Shown: positions 52,925 through 64,000 of the stretch, piece after piece
How positions within the stretch are numbered: position 1 is the first letter of the stretch
How the letters are laid out: each line of letters opens with the position of its first letter
The notes under the pieces: model-generated
Databases searched by the model: none
What the model saw: the letters and a program-made list of their open reading frames with translations, nothing else
What the model was told of the DNA's origin: nothing
From: Eledone cirrhosa
Taxonomy: Eukaryota
Direction of reading: 5' to 3'
DNA: 64,000 bases
Assembly: GCA_964016885.1 (NCBI GenBank)
Contig: OZ024742.1
Location: 351,540,001 to 351,604,000 of the forward strand
Translations under genes and position numbers: made by a program

Positions 52925-53004
52925 GCTGTCTGAAGATCTAACTCTTTCCATCGGAAATTTTCTGAATTTCCGAACTTTTGATTAGTGAAACCGTCGGTAA
53001 CGGC
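52925..53004 (+). ncRNA. Type I hammerhead, tandem copy 2
   Basis: GCTGT-CTGAAGA-tctaa..tcggaaatt ttct gaatttccga..ttagt-GAAACC gtc GGTA-ACGGC. Confidence 0.8.
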
Positions 53005-53091
53005 AATAGAACAGGTGAATATTTAAATCGTTATTTAATTTAGTTAAAGGATTGTTTGCTGATTACTTGTTGCGCCACATTTATATGTGTG

Positions 53092-53146
<55 letters not shown>

Positions 53147-53417
53147 ATATATTGGGTCCAGGTCTTTATCATTTATTTTGTTTGACCTGTTTAGCTTGAT
53201 TTTTTTTTTGGGGGGGGGGCTTAGGTGGTTAATGCCTTCTTAAGCACTTTTACAGTTTGTATGGCGTTTTAACATATTGTTTAGCTCTAGTTTTCTTAAC
53301 TATTGAGCGCTTGCCAGCATTTCTACGATTTTGCATTTCGTTTCGATTTTTCTACCAGCCGAAATACCATTCTCGCTGAATTACGTATATATATATATAT
53401 ATTTTACAAAACATCAC

Positions 53418-53491
<74 letters not shown>

Positions 53492-53499
<8 letters not shown>

Positions 53500-53830
53500 A
53501 GATCAAAAGATGGTTAAAGGAGTTCCATGTATTTTATTATGCGCATTTCAAAAACAAACATCATCATGCAATAATATTTGTGTTTTCATCACATAAAACA
53601 GGAGAACATGATATGAAGGCTAAAAAACACTTGTGGATAGTGCAGTTTTAAATCAACATATCATATTGATTTAAAACTGCACTATCCACAAGTGTTTTTT
53701 AGCCTTCATATCATGTTCTCCTGTTTTATCTGATGAAAACACAAATATTATTGCATGATGATGTTTGTTTTTGAAATGCGCATAATAAAATACATGGAAC
53801 TCCTTTAACCATCTTTTGATCTTATATTAT
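53492..53830. mobile_element. 339-bp palindromic element (165-bp arms, 9-nt loop)
   Basis: 53492-53656 is the reverse complement of 53666-53830, with one visible mismatch. Follows (TA)n. Confidence 0.92.
53723..53791 (+). ncRNA. Type I hammerhead
   Basis: GTTTTAT-CTGATGA-(~16-bp stem II)-GAAAT gcgc ATA-ATAAAAT; palindrome ATGCGCAT. Confidence 0.85.
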
Positions 53831-53916
53831 GTATACTCCAGTCCTACAAACTGTAGAGTGCTTCTTATCCGATATCTGCATTGCTTTATTGTACTACAAT
53901 AAAACTCACCTCCTAC

Positions 53917-53947
<31 letters not shown>

Positions 53948-54306
53948 ACAAGTGAGAATTTGTGGGCGTTACTTATTTGTTGCTGTAGGCTTTCTTGAAA
54001 GTAATTACATAACATTCTTTGATAGAGAAGCATTAATTAAAACAACGAAAACTATGCTAAGAAGCGAGTAGCTCCTAGGGTATTATGATAAAAGTATGTT
54101 ACAAGTTAAACACCTCGGTAGTGTATTCTAGTCTTTCTCAATATAGTTACTTTAACAATAACAGATGACAAATCAATAGGCTTTACATATATAGGTGATG
54201 AGGAAAAGGTTGCATATTCAAGCATTTTCTAAAACATGTAAAGGGTGGAACTAACCCAATTGAACAATGCTAATCTAGAGTCTAATATTCGAATTCGCTT
54301 TCTTTA

Positions 54307-54363
<57 letters not shown>

Positions 54364-54790
54364 GAATACATATATATTTATGTTATAAGGATTCGGGACC
54401 CCGACGGCTGAGCTCTTGCCGTTTCCAGTCTCTGGATGTAGCTGTTGAAAAGGCAAGTGCTCATTCGTTGGAGAGACGGACTTTTATATTAATACCATAC
54501 CCGATTACCCCGAGTATCGATTACTTTGGTGTGAAATGGTCTAATCAATTCCAAATTGATTTCAATCTGATTTGTATATATATATTTATATATATTAGGT
54601 ATAGGATTACCCAAGATGTAGTAATGGTTAATTACTACACTGGATATGGTTTACGTACGGTGAGAGGTTACTCTACGAGTTCTGGAAGTATTGCTGGAGA
54701 AACTTTGTTCCTGATCCTTCTGTATTCCGGAGTGTATATAAAGAATGAATAATAACAGGTAGACATCATAAAAAGGTAATTTATTCTGTG

Positions 54791-54902
54791 TGCTTACAAA
54801 TGTTTCCACGGTGGTACTGCAGCCTAGTTATGCTATGTGCAAACTTACAAGTATTTGCAGAACTCAAATATCCAATGCTGTGACCACTGTATCCTCAGAG
54901 CA
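54791..54902 (-). ncRNA. PLE hammerhead with 85-nt stem II domain
   Basis: TGCT-CTGAGGA-tacagtggt...accaccgtg-GAAAC attt GTA-AGCA. Confidence 0.75.
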
Positions 54903-55424
54903 GAATGGTAAAATGTACAATGTAAATACCCTTAAGTGGGGTCGTTGGGGAAGATAGAGTAGAAAAGGAAGAGAGAAAAGTAGGGGAGAGGGAGAGAGAG
55001 AGAAAGATATGCAGGGGTTGGAGAAGTGGGAGAGAGTGGTTTGTAGATATTTTAATCAAAATGTTATGGTAGGGGTTTTATTATACTGGTTACTTTTGGA
55101 GAGATGCGTTGATAGTTAAGGTCAGAATTATTTATTGCCCCAGAGGGCAGGTTCATAGATGTGGAGAGGGAGGTAGGCCAAAGGCGAGAGAGAGAGAGTG
55201 TAATGGATGTAGAGAGAGAGGTAGAGAGGGGACAGACGAAGTTTATGTGGTGAGTGAACTTTGGGTTTGTAGTAGTAATCTGTGAATTGCACTGAGTTAT
55301 CATTTATAGTGATAAGCAGTGTATTGTCTTGTAGTGTGGGGGAAGAGAAGGTGGTTAGCTAGAAAGCGATGTTATAGTTACGGGTTCGAATGTTAAGTTA
55401 TTTTATATTGAGAGAATTTAACTT

Positions 55425-56696
55425 TTAGTTTGTGGTTGGATTATAATGATCGTTCAATTCTATCGTTAAGTAGTTTGTTTTGGATTTTAATATGTAAAAG
55501 AGTTCAAGGTTACATAACCTGCAGTACTTCAATCCACTCCGATATGCACTTGCGCTGGATAGTATATCCCATTTTAAAGTGAAATTTTGGTTGCGTTCAC
55601 GGAGTTGCCAGGTCTTGTTGGCGAGCGTGGTCACAAAACGGTGATCAGGATGTTTGATTGAGAATCGATGACGGTACCAGCGAGATTTAAACGAGGTGGT
55701 GGTAGATCCGATATAATACCATTTCTGGTCGTTCGATTCAACCGTGCATTGGTAAACAATGTTGGACTTTAGGCATTCATTCTTCAATGGACATCTTTTA
55801 GGTAGATGGCAGTTACATTCTTTGTTGTGGGTAGCGGGTATACCATGGATAGGTTGTGATAGCGGTACAGGTGGATTGTGTAATACCCGTCTCCCATTTA
55901 GTGGTTGGGAGGCAGATATTACGTTCTGCCCATCTGTTACTAAAATGTTTTGTTTTGTAGAGTTGTCTAATTGCCTTAAGTTAAGTTTTTGTTATGTATG
56001 CTTAAAGGTTTGGTGCCGTGGAGTATGATAGTCTAATAGTTTTAGAGTTCAGAATTTTGCTGTATTTATGGGAACTAGGGGATGTTTGTTGATTAACTTA
56101 AAGAATGAAAGCGATAGTTTTGTACTAATCGAGGCATTAAAAATAGGATTGTACCAGATATACTTTCTACAACGTGATTTATTTGGTGGTGATTTTCTAT
56201 TATTAGTATGTCTGGTAGCACTGTTTGTGTGCGCTTGTATCTTAGTCCCCCGGTTACGTATTCCTTGATTTCGTGTAGAGCTATGTGTGTTATGGAAATT
56301 CCTATCAATGTATTCTATTGTATCCCGGTGGTCGGCATTCCTTAATGCATTATTGTAGTATTCAGCGTGTTAACAAAAAAATATCAGAGTTAGACGATAG
56401 GTGAGAGATTCTAAGAGAAATACTCCGGGGAACTGATTTGATCATGGAGAGTGGGTGGTTGAGTTAAAGTTGATATACGTAAGGTTCTCATTCATCTTGT
56501 GGAAGGGTCGTATCTCTCCGGTATTTAAATTAAGAGTTACGTCCAGAAAGTTTACTACTTTAAGATTGTATTCATATGTTATTTTTAGACCCAGTTCGCT
56601 AAAAGATTTTCTAATATTTTTCCGTAGCCTTTCAAGATTTTGGTTATTCAAGTTATTAACTAACAAGAGGCCGTCATCTCTGTATATCCCCCCCCC
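55425..56696 (-). pseudogene. Fragmented PLE RT C-terminus and GIY-YIG endonuclease
   Basis: GIYRDDGL, VVNFLDVTLNL, CNC..CPLKNECLKSNIVYQ, YYIGST..FKSRWYRH and CRLCNLE; frameshifts. Confidence 0.9.
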
Positions 56697-57319
56697 CTGT
56701 AGATTATGTAACCGTGAACTCGTTTACATATTAAAATCCAAAAACAAACTACTTAACGATAGAATTGAACGATCATTATACTGCAACCACAAACTAAAAG
56801 CTAAATTCTCTCACTATAAAATAACTTAACATTCGAACCCGTAACTATAACATCGCTTTCTAACTACCCACCTTCTCTTCCCCCACACTACAAGACAATA
56901 CACTGCTTATCACTATAAATGGTAACTCAAGGCAATTCACAGATTACTACTACAAACCCAAAGTTAACTCACCATATAAACTTCGTCTGTCCCCTCACTA
57001 CCTCTCTCTCTACATCCATTACACTCTCTCTGCCTCGCCTCTGGCCTATCTCCCTCTTCACATCTATGAACCTGCCCTCTGGGGCAATAAATAATTCCGA
57101 CCTTAACTATCAACGCATCTCTCCAAAAGTAACCAGTATAATAAAACCCCTACCATATCATTTTGATTAAGATATCTACAAACCACTCTCTCCCACTTCT
57201 CCAACCCCTGCATATCTTTCTCTCTCTCTCCCTCTCCCCTACTTTTCTCTCTTCCTTTTCTACTCTATCTTCCCCAACGACCCCACTTAAGGGTATTTAC
57301 ATTGTACATTTTACCATTC

Positions 57320-57431
57320 TGCTCTGAGGATACAGTGGTCACAGCATTGGATATTTGAGTTCTGCAAATACTTGTAAGTTTGCACATAGCATAACTAGGA
57401 TGTAGTACCACAGTGGAAACATTTTTAAGCA
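57320..57431 (+). ncRNA. Inverted-pLTR copy of the PLE hammerhead
   Basis: Same motif, with GTA changed to TTA at the cleavage triplet. Confidence 0.65.
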
Positions 57432-58463
57432 CACGGAATAAATTACCTTTTTATGATGTCTACCTGTTAGTATTCATTCTTTATATACACTCCGGAATAC
57501 AGAATGATCAGGAATTATTATTCATTCTTTATATATATATATATGTATTAATCTATATGTGCCTGTATGCGTCTGACTGTGCGTACTTGTGTTGTTTTGT
57601 CTGATATATACATATATGTATCTAATTACATGTGCTTAATGTACTGAGATTGGTTCAAAAGTTGATCACATGTGAACTATATACAGATCTGTTGCCGTGT
57701 TATATAAAGATTATGTGGCAGTTCTTTTTAAATATAGCCGCAGAAAATAAAAATCAAACTATTTTATATAACATGTCGATAATTCCAGAATAATTAACGT
57801 GTAGACGATACAACAAAATGTAGATGGTAAAACGACATTTAACACATTAATATTGATGATTAAATAAACAGTTTATCGAAGGAATGCTTGAATTCAGTCC
57901 AATGCCTTTATAATATGGTACCAGCAAGATGCACTATATATGACAATCGGATAACATTCCTTTTAGTGATTAGTCTCATACAGCTAAATTAATGTTAAAT
58001 CCCGTCAGATTTCATTATTGTTTTAGTCTTGGGTTGATAAAATAAATATTTACAGTAAAGTGAGGTCAACTGAATCGATTGGAATATTTTGTAAACAGTA
58101 GTTTATAGTCTCGTGACAAAGAAATAAATCGATATTATGAATCTTGCAACTATTTTTTCCTCTAAGTACATTAATTAAAGAAAATCAGAATAATATATTA
58201 AACGATATAAACTGCAACACACACACACAGGCAATTATATATATTTATATATATATATAAATATTTATATATATACATACTCACACACACACACACACAC
58301 GCATATATGTATATATGAAAATACGAACTATTATTAAGTTTACGCATATATGAAATGGAAGGATATTCTACGTTTCGAACGGAAGTCCTTCGTGAGGTAA
58401 ATTCGGTTAGAGAGAGAACTAGTAAGCAGATGAACATTACAAATAGATATATATATATATAAA

Positions 58464-58525
58464 CTAGACCACCCGTGACCCATTGGTTCACGTGCACTTG
58501 AAAATATATTTTTTTAAGTCCTGCT
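58464..58525 (-). mobile_element. Helitron-like 3' terminus
   Basis: Hairpin cgtgaaccaatgggtcacg followed by CTAG|T on minus; homolog of 44234. Confidence 0.5.
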
Positions 58526-58655
58526 CAATTAAAATTAATTTCTAAATAATTAAAATATGCACAGTAATGTATATAATGTGAAACGAAACTGGATAGCCCA
58601 TATATATACGTGTGTGTATGTATGTACATATATATATATATATATAAAAATGTGC

Positions 58656-58719
<64 letters not shown>

Positions 58720-58796
58720 TGTTGTCTGTGATCTATATACACTGGTCATACACACACAAACACATACACAAACACATATATATATATATACACATT

Positions 58797-58852
<56 letters not shown>

Positions 58853-59175
58853 ACAACACCATTTCTCTCTCTTCCATTCTTCTTATCTGTCTCCTATCCC
58901 TCTCTCTGTGTCTCTCTTTCAATATACTATGTCACTACCACGATCTGCTCATCGCTATCTTTATCTCTTTTCCGTTATGAAGGTACCCGAAAACCCTCTA
59001 TATCTGGGGCATCTGTGGTCCGATTTACGCGATGTTCTTTTATTCCATTTGTATTCCCATTTCAGAGGCAGCTTCCATTTAAATTATTTTCCCATAATGC
59101 ACCCTTTTGGCTGTGTTATATTACAGACAAACAACCATGCAAGCGATCATAGTGATTTAGTAGTATATATATATA

Positions 59176-59358
59176 ATTCTTTCTACTTTAGGCACAAGAC
59201 CAGCAAATACCCAGTGCATTACTGGTACTTTATTTTATCGACCCCGTAAGGATGAAATGCAAAGTCAACCTCGGCGGGATTTGAACTCAGATCGTAATGG
59301 GACGTAACTATGCTGGAAAGCATGGCGCCCGACCCTCTACCGATACTGCCAATCTACC
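59176..59358 (-). mobile_element. tRNA-derived SINE (Meta-domain-like family)
   Basis: Homologous to 8040-8222; tatatatataat on both sides is a possible TSD. Confidence 0.88.
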
Positions 59359-59643
59359 GTATATATATAATGCGTGTTTGTGTGTTTTAGTGCATACTAT
59401 CATATAAAATATCTCAGATTAAAGAATTATTGTATAAAGTTTTATCATGTGAAATATTTGTCCAGTTAAGTTATATTAAGTAACAATTCGACAGAAAATA
59501 GCAATTTTACGTTTCCCTTAAAAATTCATTTTATGGATAATTGGAATAGATTTCAAAACCGAATGTATATCTTATTAATTCCGCAGGCAGTTACATACAT
59601 ACATACACACAAGCACACACACACACACACATACCCCCCCCCC

Positions 59644-59722
<79 letters not shown>

Positions 59723-59868
59723 AATATATATGATTGTGTATAGAAGATTATATTAATAAAAGAAATTCCTACTTTGTCTGATTTACTCGTTTTATTTACA
59801 ATCCTTTAAAATATACAATGGTATTAGAATGAAATAGTATGGTGGAATATTAAATGTTAAGTGTTAAT

Positions 59869-59907
59869 TGAACAAGTACTTTCGTGCTTTGGCAATCTTC
59901 AGGTTCA
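59869..59907 (-). ncRNA. 39-nt minimal hammerhead
   Basis: TGAAC-CTGAAGA-tTGC caaa GCAc-GAAAG ta CTT-GTTCA; palindrome AGTACT. Confidence 0.75.
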
Positions 59908-59991
59908 CATTTTATGGTGACAGTCAAGTTTCACTCCGATTTATTATAAATAAAATTTATATAAATCTTGCTAAACAAATTCAGAAGCGAA

Positions 59992-60085
<94 letters not shown>

Positions 60086-60112
60086 ATATTTCGTTTCTCT
60101 CTCTCTCTCTCA

Positions 60113-60190
<78 letters not shown>

Positions 60191-60268
60191 TATATATATA
60201 TAATATATATATATATATATAATATATATATATATATATAATATATATATATATTATATATATAATAA

Positions 60269-60477
<209 letters not shown>

Positions 60478-60490
60478 ATATATATAATAT

Positions 60491-60551
<61 letters not shown>

Positions 60552-60789
60552 TATATATATATATATGTATATGTGTGTCTGTCTGTCTGTGTGTGTATAT
60601 AATAGTAATTAAAATCGAAGTTACAGCTGCGACAGAATATGCACATTGCCACAACCCAAAACTAATTAGAACAATTCCTTGGTGTTTCTTACCAACAATA
60701 ATATTTTCAAAACATGAAAACTACTACTACTACTACTACAAATTAAAAAAATATATATTTTTATATTAATGATTTCTAATTAATGATTT

Positions 60790-60968
60790 CAAGGCCAAAA
60801 CTTTGTGGGGAAGGGAAAGTCGATTAAATCTAACCGAGTGCGTTATTGATACTTTATGTAATCGACCCTGAAACAAGGAAAGGCAAACTAGAAATTGCCG
60901 GTATTTGAATAGAGAACATAAAGGGCTGTAACTCTATGTTTCCAGGCATGTTGTCCGATGCTCTAAAT
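60790..60968 (-). mobile_element. Diverged SINE (Meta-domain-like)
   Basis: atcgaccctgaaacaaggaaaggcaaa...gtatttgaat...gtaactctatg...catgttgtccgatgctcta. Confidence 0.65.
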
Positions 60969-61283
60969 AATTTATTGGGTTAATAAGTCACATTTTATTT
61001 AACGCATATATAGTTTAAAATGTCACATCATTTATAAAGGATTTTGCAATCTTTCCCATTTCAGCAGTTTTGGGGCCTAAATAACATATTTTTCATACAG
61101 GTTAGAAGAAGAGAAGCCCACATCCTATAGTTTGCAGGAATATAAAACCTCGTGAATATGACGAAAGCTCTTTCCTAATACTTGAATGTTAGTGTGTCTG
61201 TTTTAGACCTATACAATTACCTTCTCTTTCATTATCTCACATTATCGTTTCTGACATATTTGATATCCTTCCTTTATCAGTTA

Positions 61284-61312
61284 CTAGCTGAGATACCCAG
61301 CTTTGCCAGAGT
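61284..61312 (-). mobile_element. Possible Helitron-type 3' end
   Basis: ctagctgagatacccagctttgccagag reads on minus as a decayed hairpin followed by CTAG|T. Confidence 0.35.
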
Positions 61313-63439
61313 AAACAGATGATAGAGTAAAACAGATAGAAGAGAAAACGACCACATTGGATGTGTTGTCTGGTTTGCAGTATAAATGTGAGTGTGTGTG
61401 TTTAAACCAGCATTAGAATCACGAGCATCATTGACTACGGACGCGGAGAGAGAATCCCTTATGGTTGATGTTCAACCCGCTAGTAATAGTAGTCAGTTTG
61501 GGTATCATACCCGGAAGGTTTTTCTTCTTTGATGCTATGAAATGTGTATCAATGTATCGTCTTGTATATGTCCATATTCCATTACTGGACTTAGTTTCCG
61601 ATTGTCACTTTTCGTTTTTGAGTGATGCGCTAAGGAACCGACAAACAAACGGTTCTATTTTGTATTATGTATAGATTTGTTGCTTTGTCAAATGGCGCTG
61701 TATTTATATAGAGATGTTTATTGTTTCTACATGAAAAGCAATTTACCACAAAGGAATGTTTTTCATCCATAATGTGGTCTTCTTCACGGGCGATGGACAC
61801 GTCACACGTAACATTTGAATGTATCATATGTGATATTTATTTCGATGTTTGAAAAAATCTATCGGCCAACCTTTATCTCTGTCTGTCTTCCCCTCATACA
61901 GCTTTAGATGTTTACTTATATAATTGAATATAAAGGAAAGATAAACACATTTATAAACATACATGTGTTCAAATCGTAAGGGACCAGAATTGGTAATTCC
62001 CTTCGCTAAAATTGCGAAACAGACTATATTGTTAATAGTTAGTATTCTTTTAAACCTAGCGAACATGGCCCCTTACAATTTGAACACATGCATGTTTATA
62101 TTTGTGTTTTATATTCAATTATATTACAGGGCCCAGAAAAAACCTTTTTCTTTGAGCTATTTAATTGTAAGAGACTATTTTGAGTTTCAATATATACCTT
62201 TGATGTTTACTTATATAAATATTAGGATGCGCTGTCGTTCGTTTTTGAACATCGCTGTCTGTGTTTGCGTGGGCAACACATCTTCAGATCTCCAGTCTCT
62301 TACTATTACCGGCTGTAGCTGAGTAGACCAATCCTCGGACCCCTTGATTCTGCCAGGTGATAAGGCAATTAATAACGTCCTAGCTTGCTGCTTTTACTAT
62401 TCTGGTCTTTTCAACATTCTGAATCTTCTAGTCAAAAGGCGCTTAAATGACTGTACAGTAGTTTGCCATTCTGAAAAATTTGTCTCTCAGCTGCTCTCGG
62501 GTACTAAGTACAGGATGCAAGTCTAGGATTGTTCCTTTGTCTTGTGAAGGCCATGTAAACATGAGAGTCAATGTTAACACCAACATGGCCAAATATACGT
62601 GAAGGTTACTTTAGCACTCACAACCAGCTTAGTATATAATTGTATAAACATTATTAAAAATTAATTAATTTAGCTAATTTAATTTCAAATTCTAATTAAA
62701 CAACTGATCTCAACTATGACGTAAACATTTCCAATCAGTGTTAAGCATTTCAATATTAAAATAGTCGCAAAATTAGTGGTATGTCTTGATTTAATCATAT
62801 TCCATTCGTTTGTTGTGATATGTTAAATGACTAGCTTTCCCTGTTACCTTCTCATGGTTTTTATAGTTAAGTGTTCGTCAGTGACCTGTGAAATTCATCT
62901 TCATCACCAGATGCATATCCATATTTTAGAATTGACTAGAGCCAACGTTTTAGTTTATATTTTAGACCAGCTTTGGAATAATATATGATTGACTCACTTC
63001 TGATGTCTTACTTGTGTCGCAAAGGATATGACATATGACAAGTTTAGGTGATGTATATAATTCGTGTGTGTTGCCGTAATACTGTTTAGTGGGTGACGAT
63101 GCTGGTCTGTCACGTGTGGGGTTTGTTACATGTTGTTTAATGACATTCAGCACTCTAAAAACTGTGATATATGAGATGCTGGAGTAATAGTGATGGACAT
63201 CGGTTAAGTTTGTGTATTATTTGTGTGATATTGATTTCTGTAAGACATTATAGAATAGTTATCACCCAGGGAGGCTGTTTTGTTTATGGAATGTGATGCT
63301 GTCTGACATATGATGTGGAATGTATTCAACTGATTATAATGTTTGGGGGTGTGTCTAATATTGTGAACTAAACTACAGTTTCTATGTTTTTGTTCATATT
63401 TCTTAGCATACATAGTGTTCTGAACGTGATTGGGATTAT

Positions 63440-63751
63440 GCATTCCTCCTCTTCCTTCTTCTTCTGCGTCTCTACCTCCACCTTCTTCTCCTTCTTCACA
63501 TTCTCCTTCTATTTTTTCTCTTCTCTCTTCTTTTTCTTTTTATTCTTCTTGTTCTCGACCTAGGTCTCCTTCTCCTTCCCTTCCTCCTCCTCCTCCTCTT
63601 CCTCCTCCTCCTCATTCTTCTTCTTCTTCTTCTTCTTCTTCTTCTTCTTCTTCTTCTTCTTCTTCTTCTTCTTCTTCTTCTTCTTCTTCTTCTTCTTCTT
63701 CTTCTTCTTCTTCTTCTTCTTCTTCTTCTTCTTCTTCTTCTTCTTCTTCTC
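63440..63751 (+). repeat. Pyrimidine tract ending in (CTT)n
   Basis: Read directly. Confidence 0.95.
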
Positions 63752-63819
63752 AACCTGTTGCCATCCCTCTCTATGTGATGTCACCCTGTTAGGAGTTCAT
63801 TAATGTCATCATTAATGTC

Positions 63820-64000
63820 GAATTGGCAGTATCGGTAGAGAGTTGGATTATGCTTTCCAGCATAGTTACGTCCCTTTACGATCTGAGTTCAATTCCCGTC
63901 GAGGTTAACTTTGCCTTTCATCCTTACGGGGTCGATAAAATAAAGTACCAGTAATGTACTGGGATAAGTGCTGGCCTTGTGCCAAAAAGTAGAAACAATT
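63820..64000 (+). mobile_element. tRNA-derived SINE (Meta-domain-like family)
   Basis: tggcagtatcgg (A-box), gagttcaattcc (B-box), ttgcctttcatccttacggggtcgataaaataaagtaccag, tail ggccttgtgccaaaaagtagaaacaatt. Confidence 0.88.

Larger units (their letters stand above)
52355..53075 (+). mobile_element. Partial tandem repeat (period 465 bp) with two co-oriented hammerheads; retrozyme- or pLTR-like
   Basis: ~52355-52610 is repeated at ~52820-53075. (TA)n on both sides. Confidence 0.85.
54708..57514 (-). mobile_element. 5'-truncated Penelope-like element (Neptune-like) with inverted pLTR
   Basis: RT remnant plus GIY-YIG on minus; 54708-55524 is inverted at 56697-57514. Confidence 0.92.

Noticed and set aside
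61400-62610. Higher-complexity region that looks like decayed coding sequence
   Set aside because: No recognisable motif in any frame, and many stops.

Overview
AT-rich, microsatellite-saturated animal genomic DNA; the SINE and LINE content suggests a cephalopod such as octopus (inference). No intact host gene is visible, and most ORF-track entries are translated microsatellites. Two mobile-element communities occupy different microsatellites. (1) At 9.1-27.6 kb, (TAA)n tracts carry a nested array of five R4/Dong-type elements (RT plus restriction-like endonuclease, all +), five Tx1-like L1 elements (all -, one full-length with two open ORFs) and tRNA-derived SINEs whose 3' tail resembles the Tx1 tail. 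(2) Across the rest of the window, (TA)n tracts flank many non-coding fold-back or tandem elements that carry type I hammerhead ribozyme (HHR) motifs, read by eye: about 15 intact or near-intact and at least 7 decayed. These include U3:A8 core variants, palindromic minimal stem III, very long stem II, and a 465-nt tandem unit. A 5'-truncated Neptune-like Penelope element with an inverted pLTR links these motifs to Penelope-like elements (PLEs). Also present are a CR1-group LINE relic, Helitron-like 3' ends, a 10-bp satellite, a candidate decayed HDV-like ribozyme and a probable GPCR pseudogene. All structures were paired manually and none was computed or tested.
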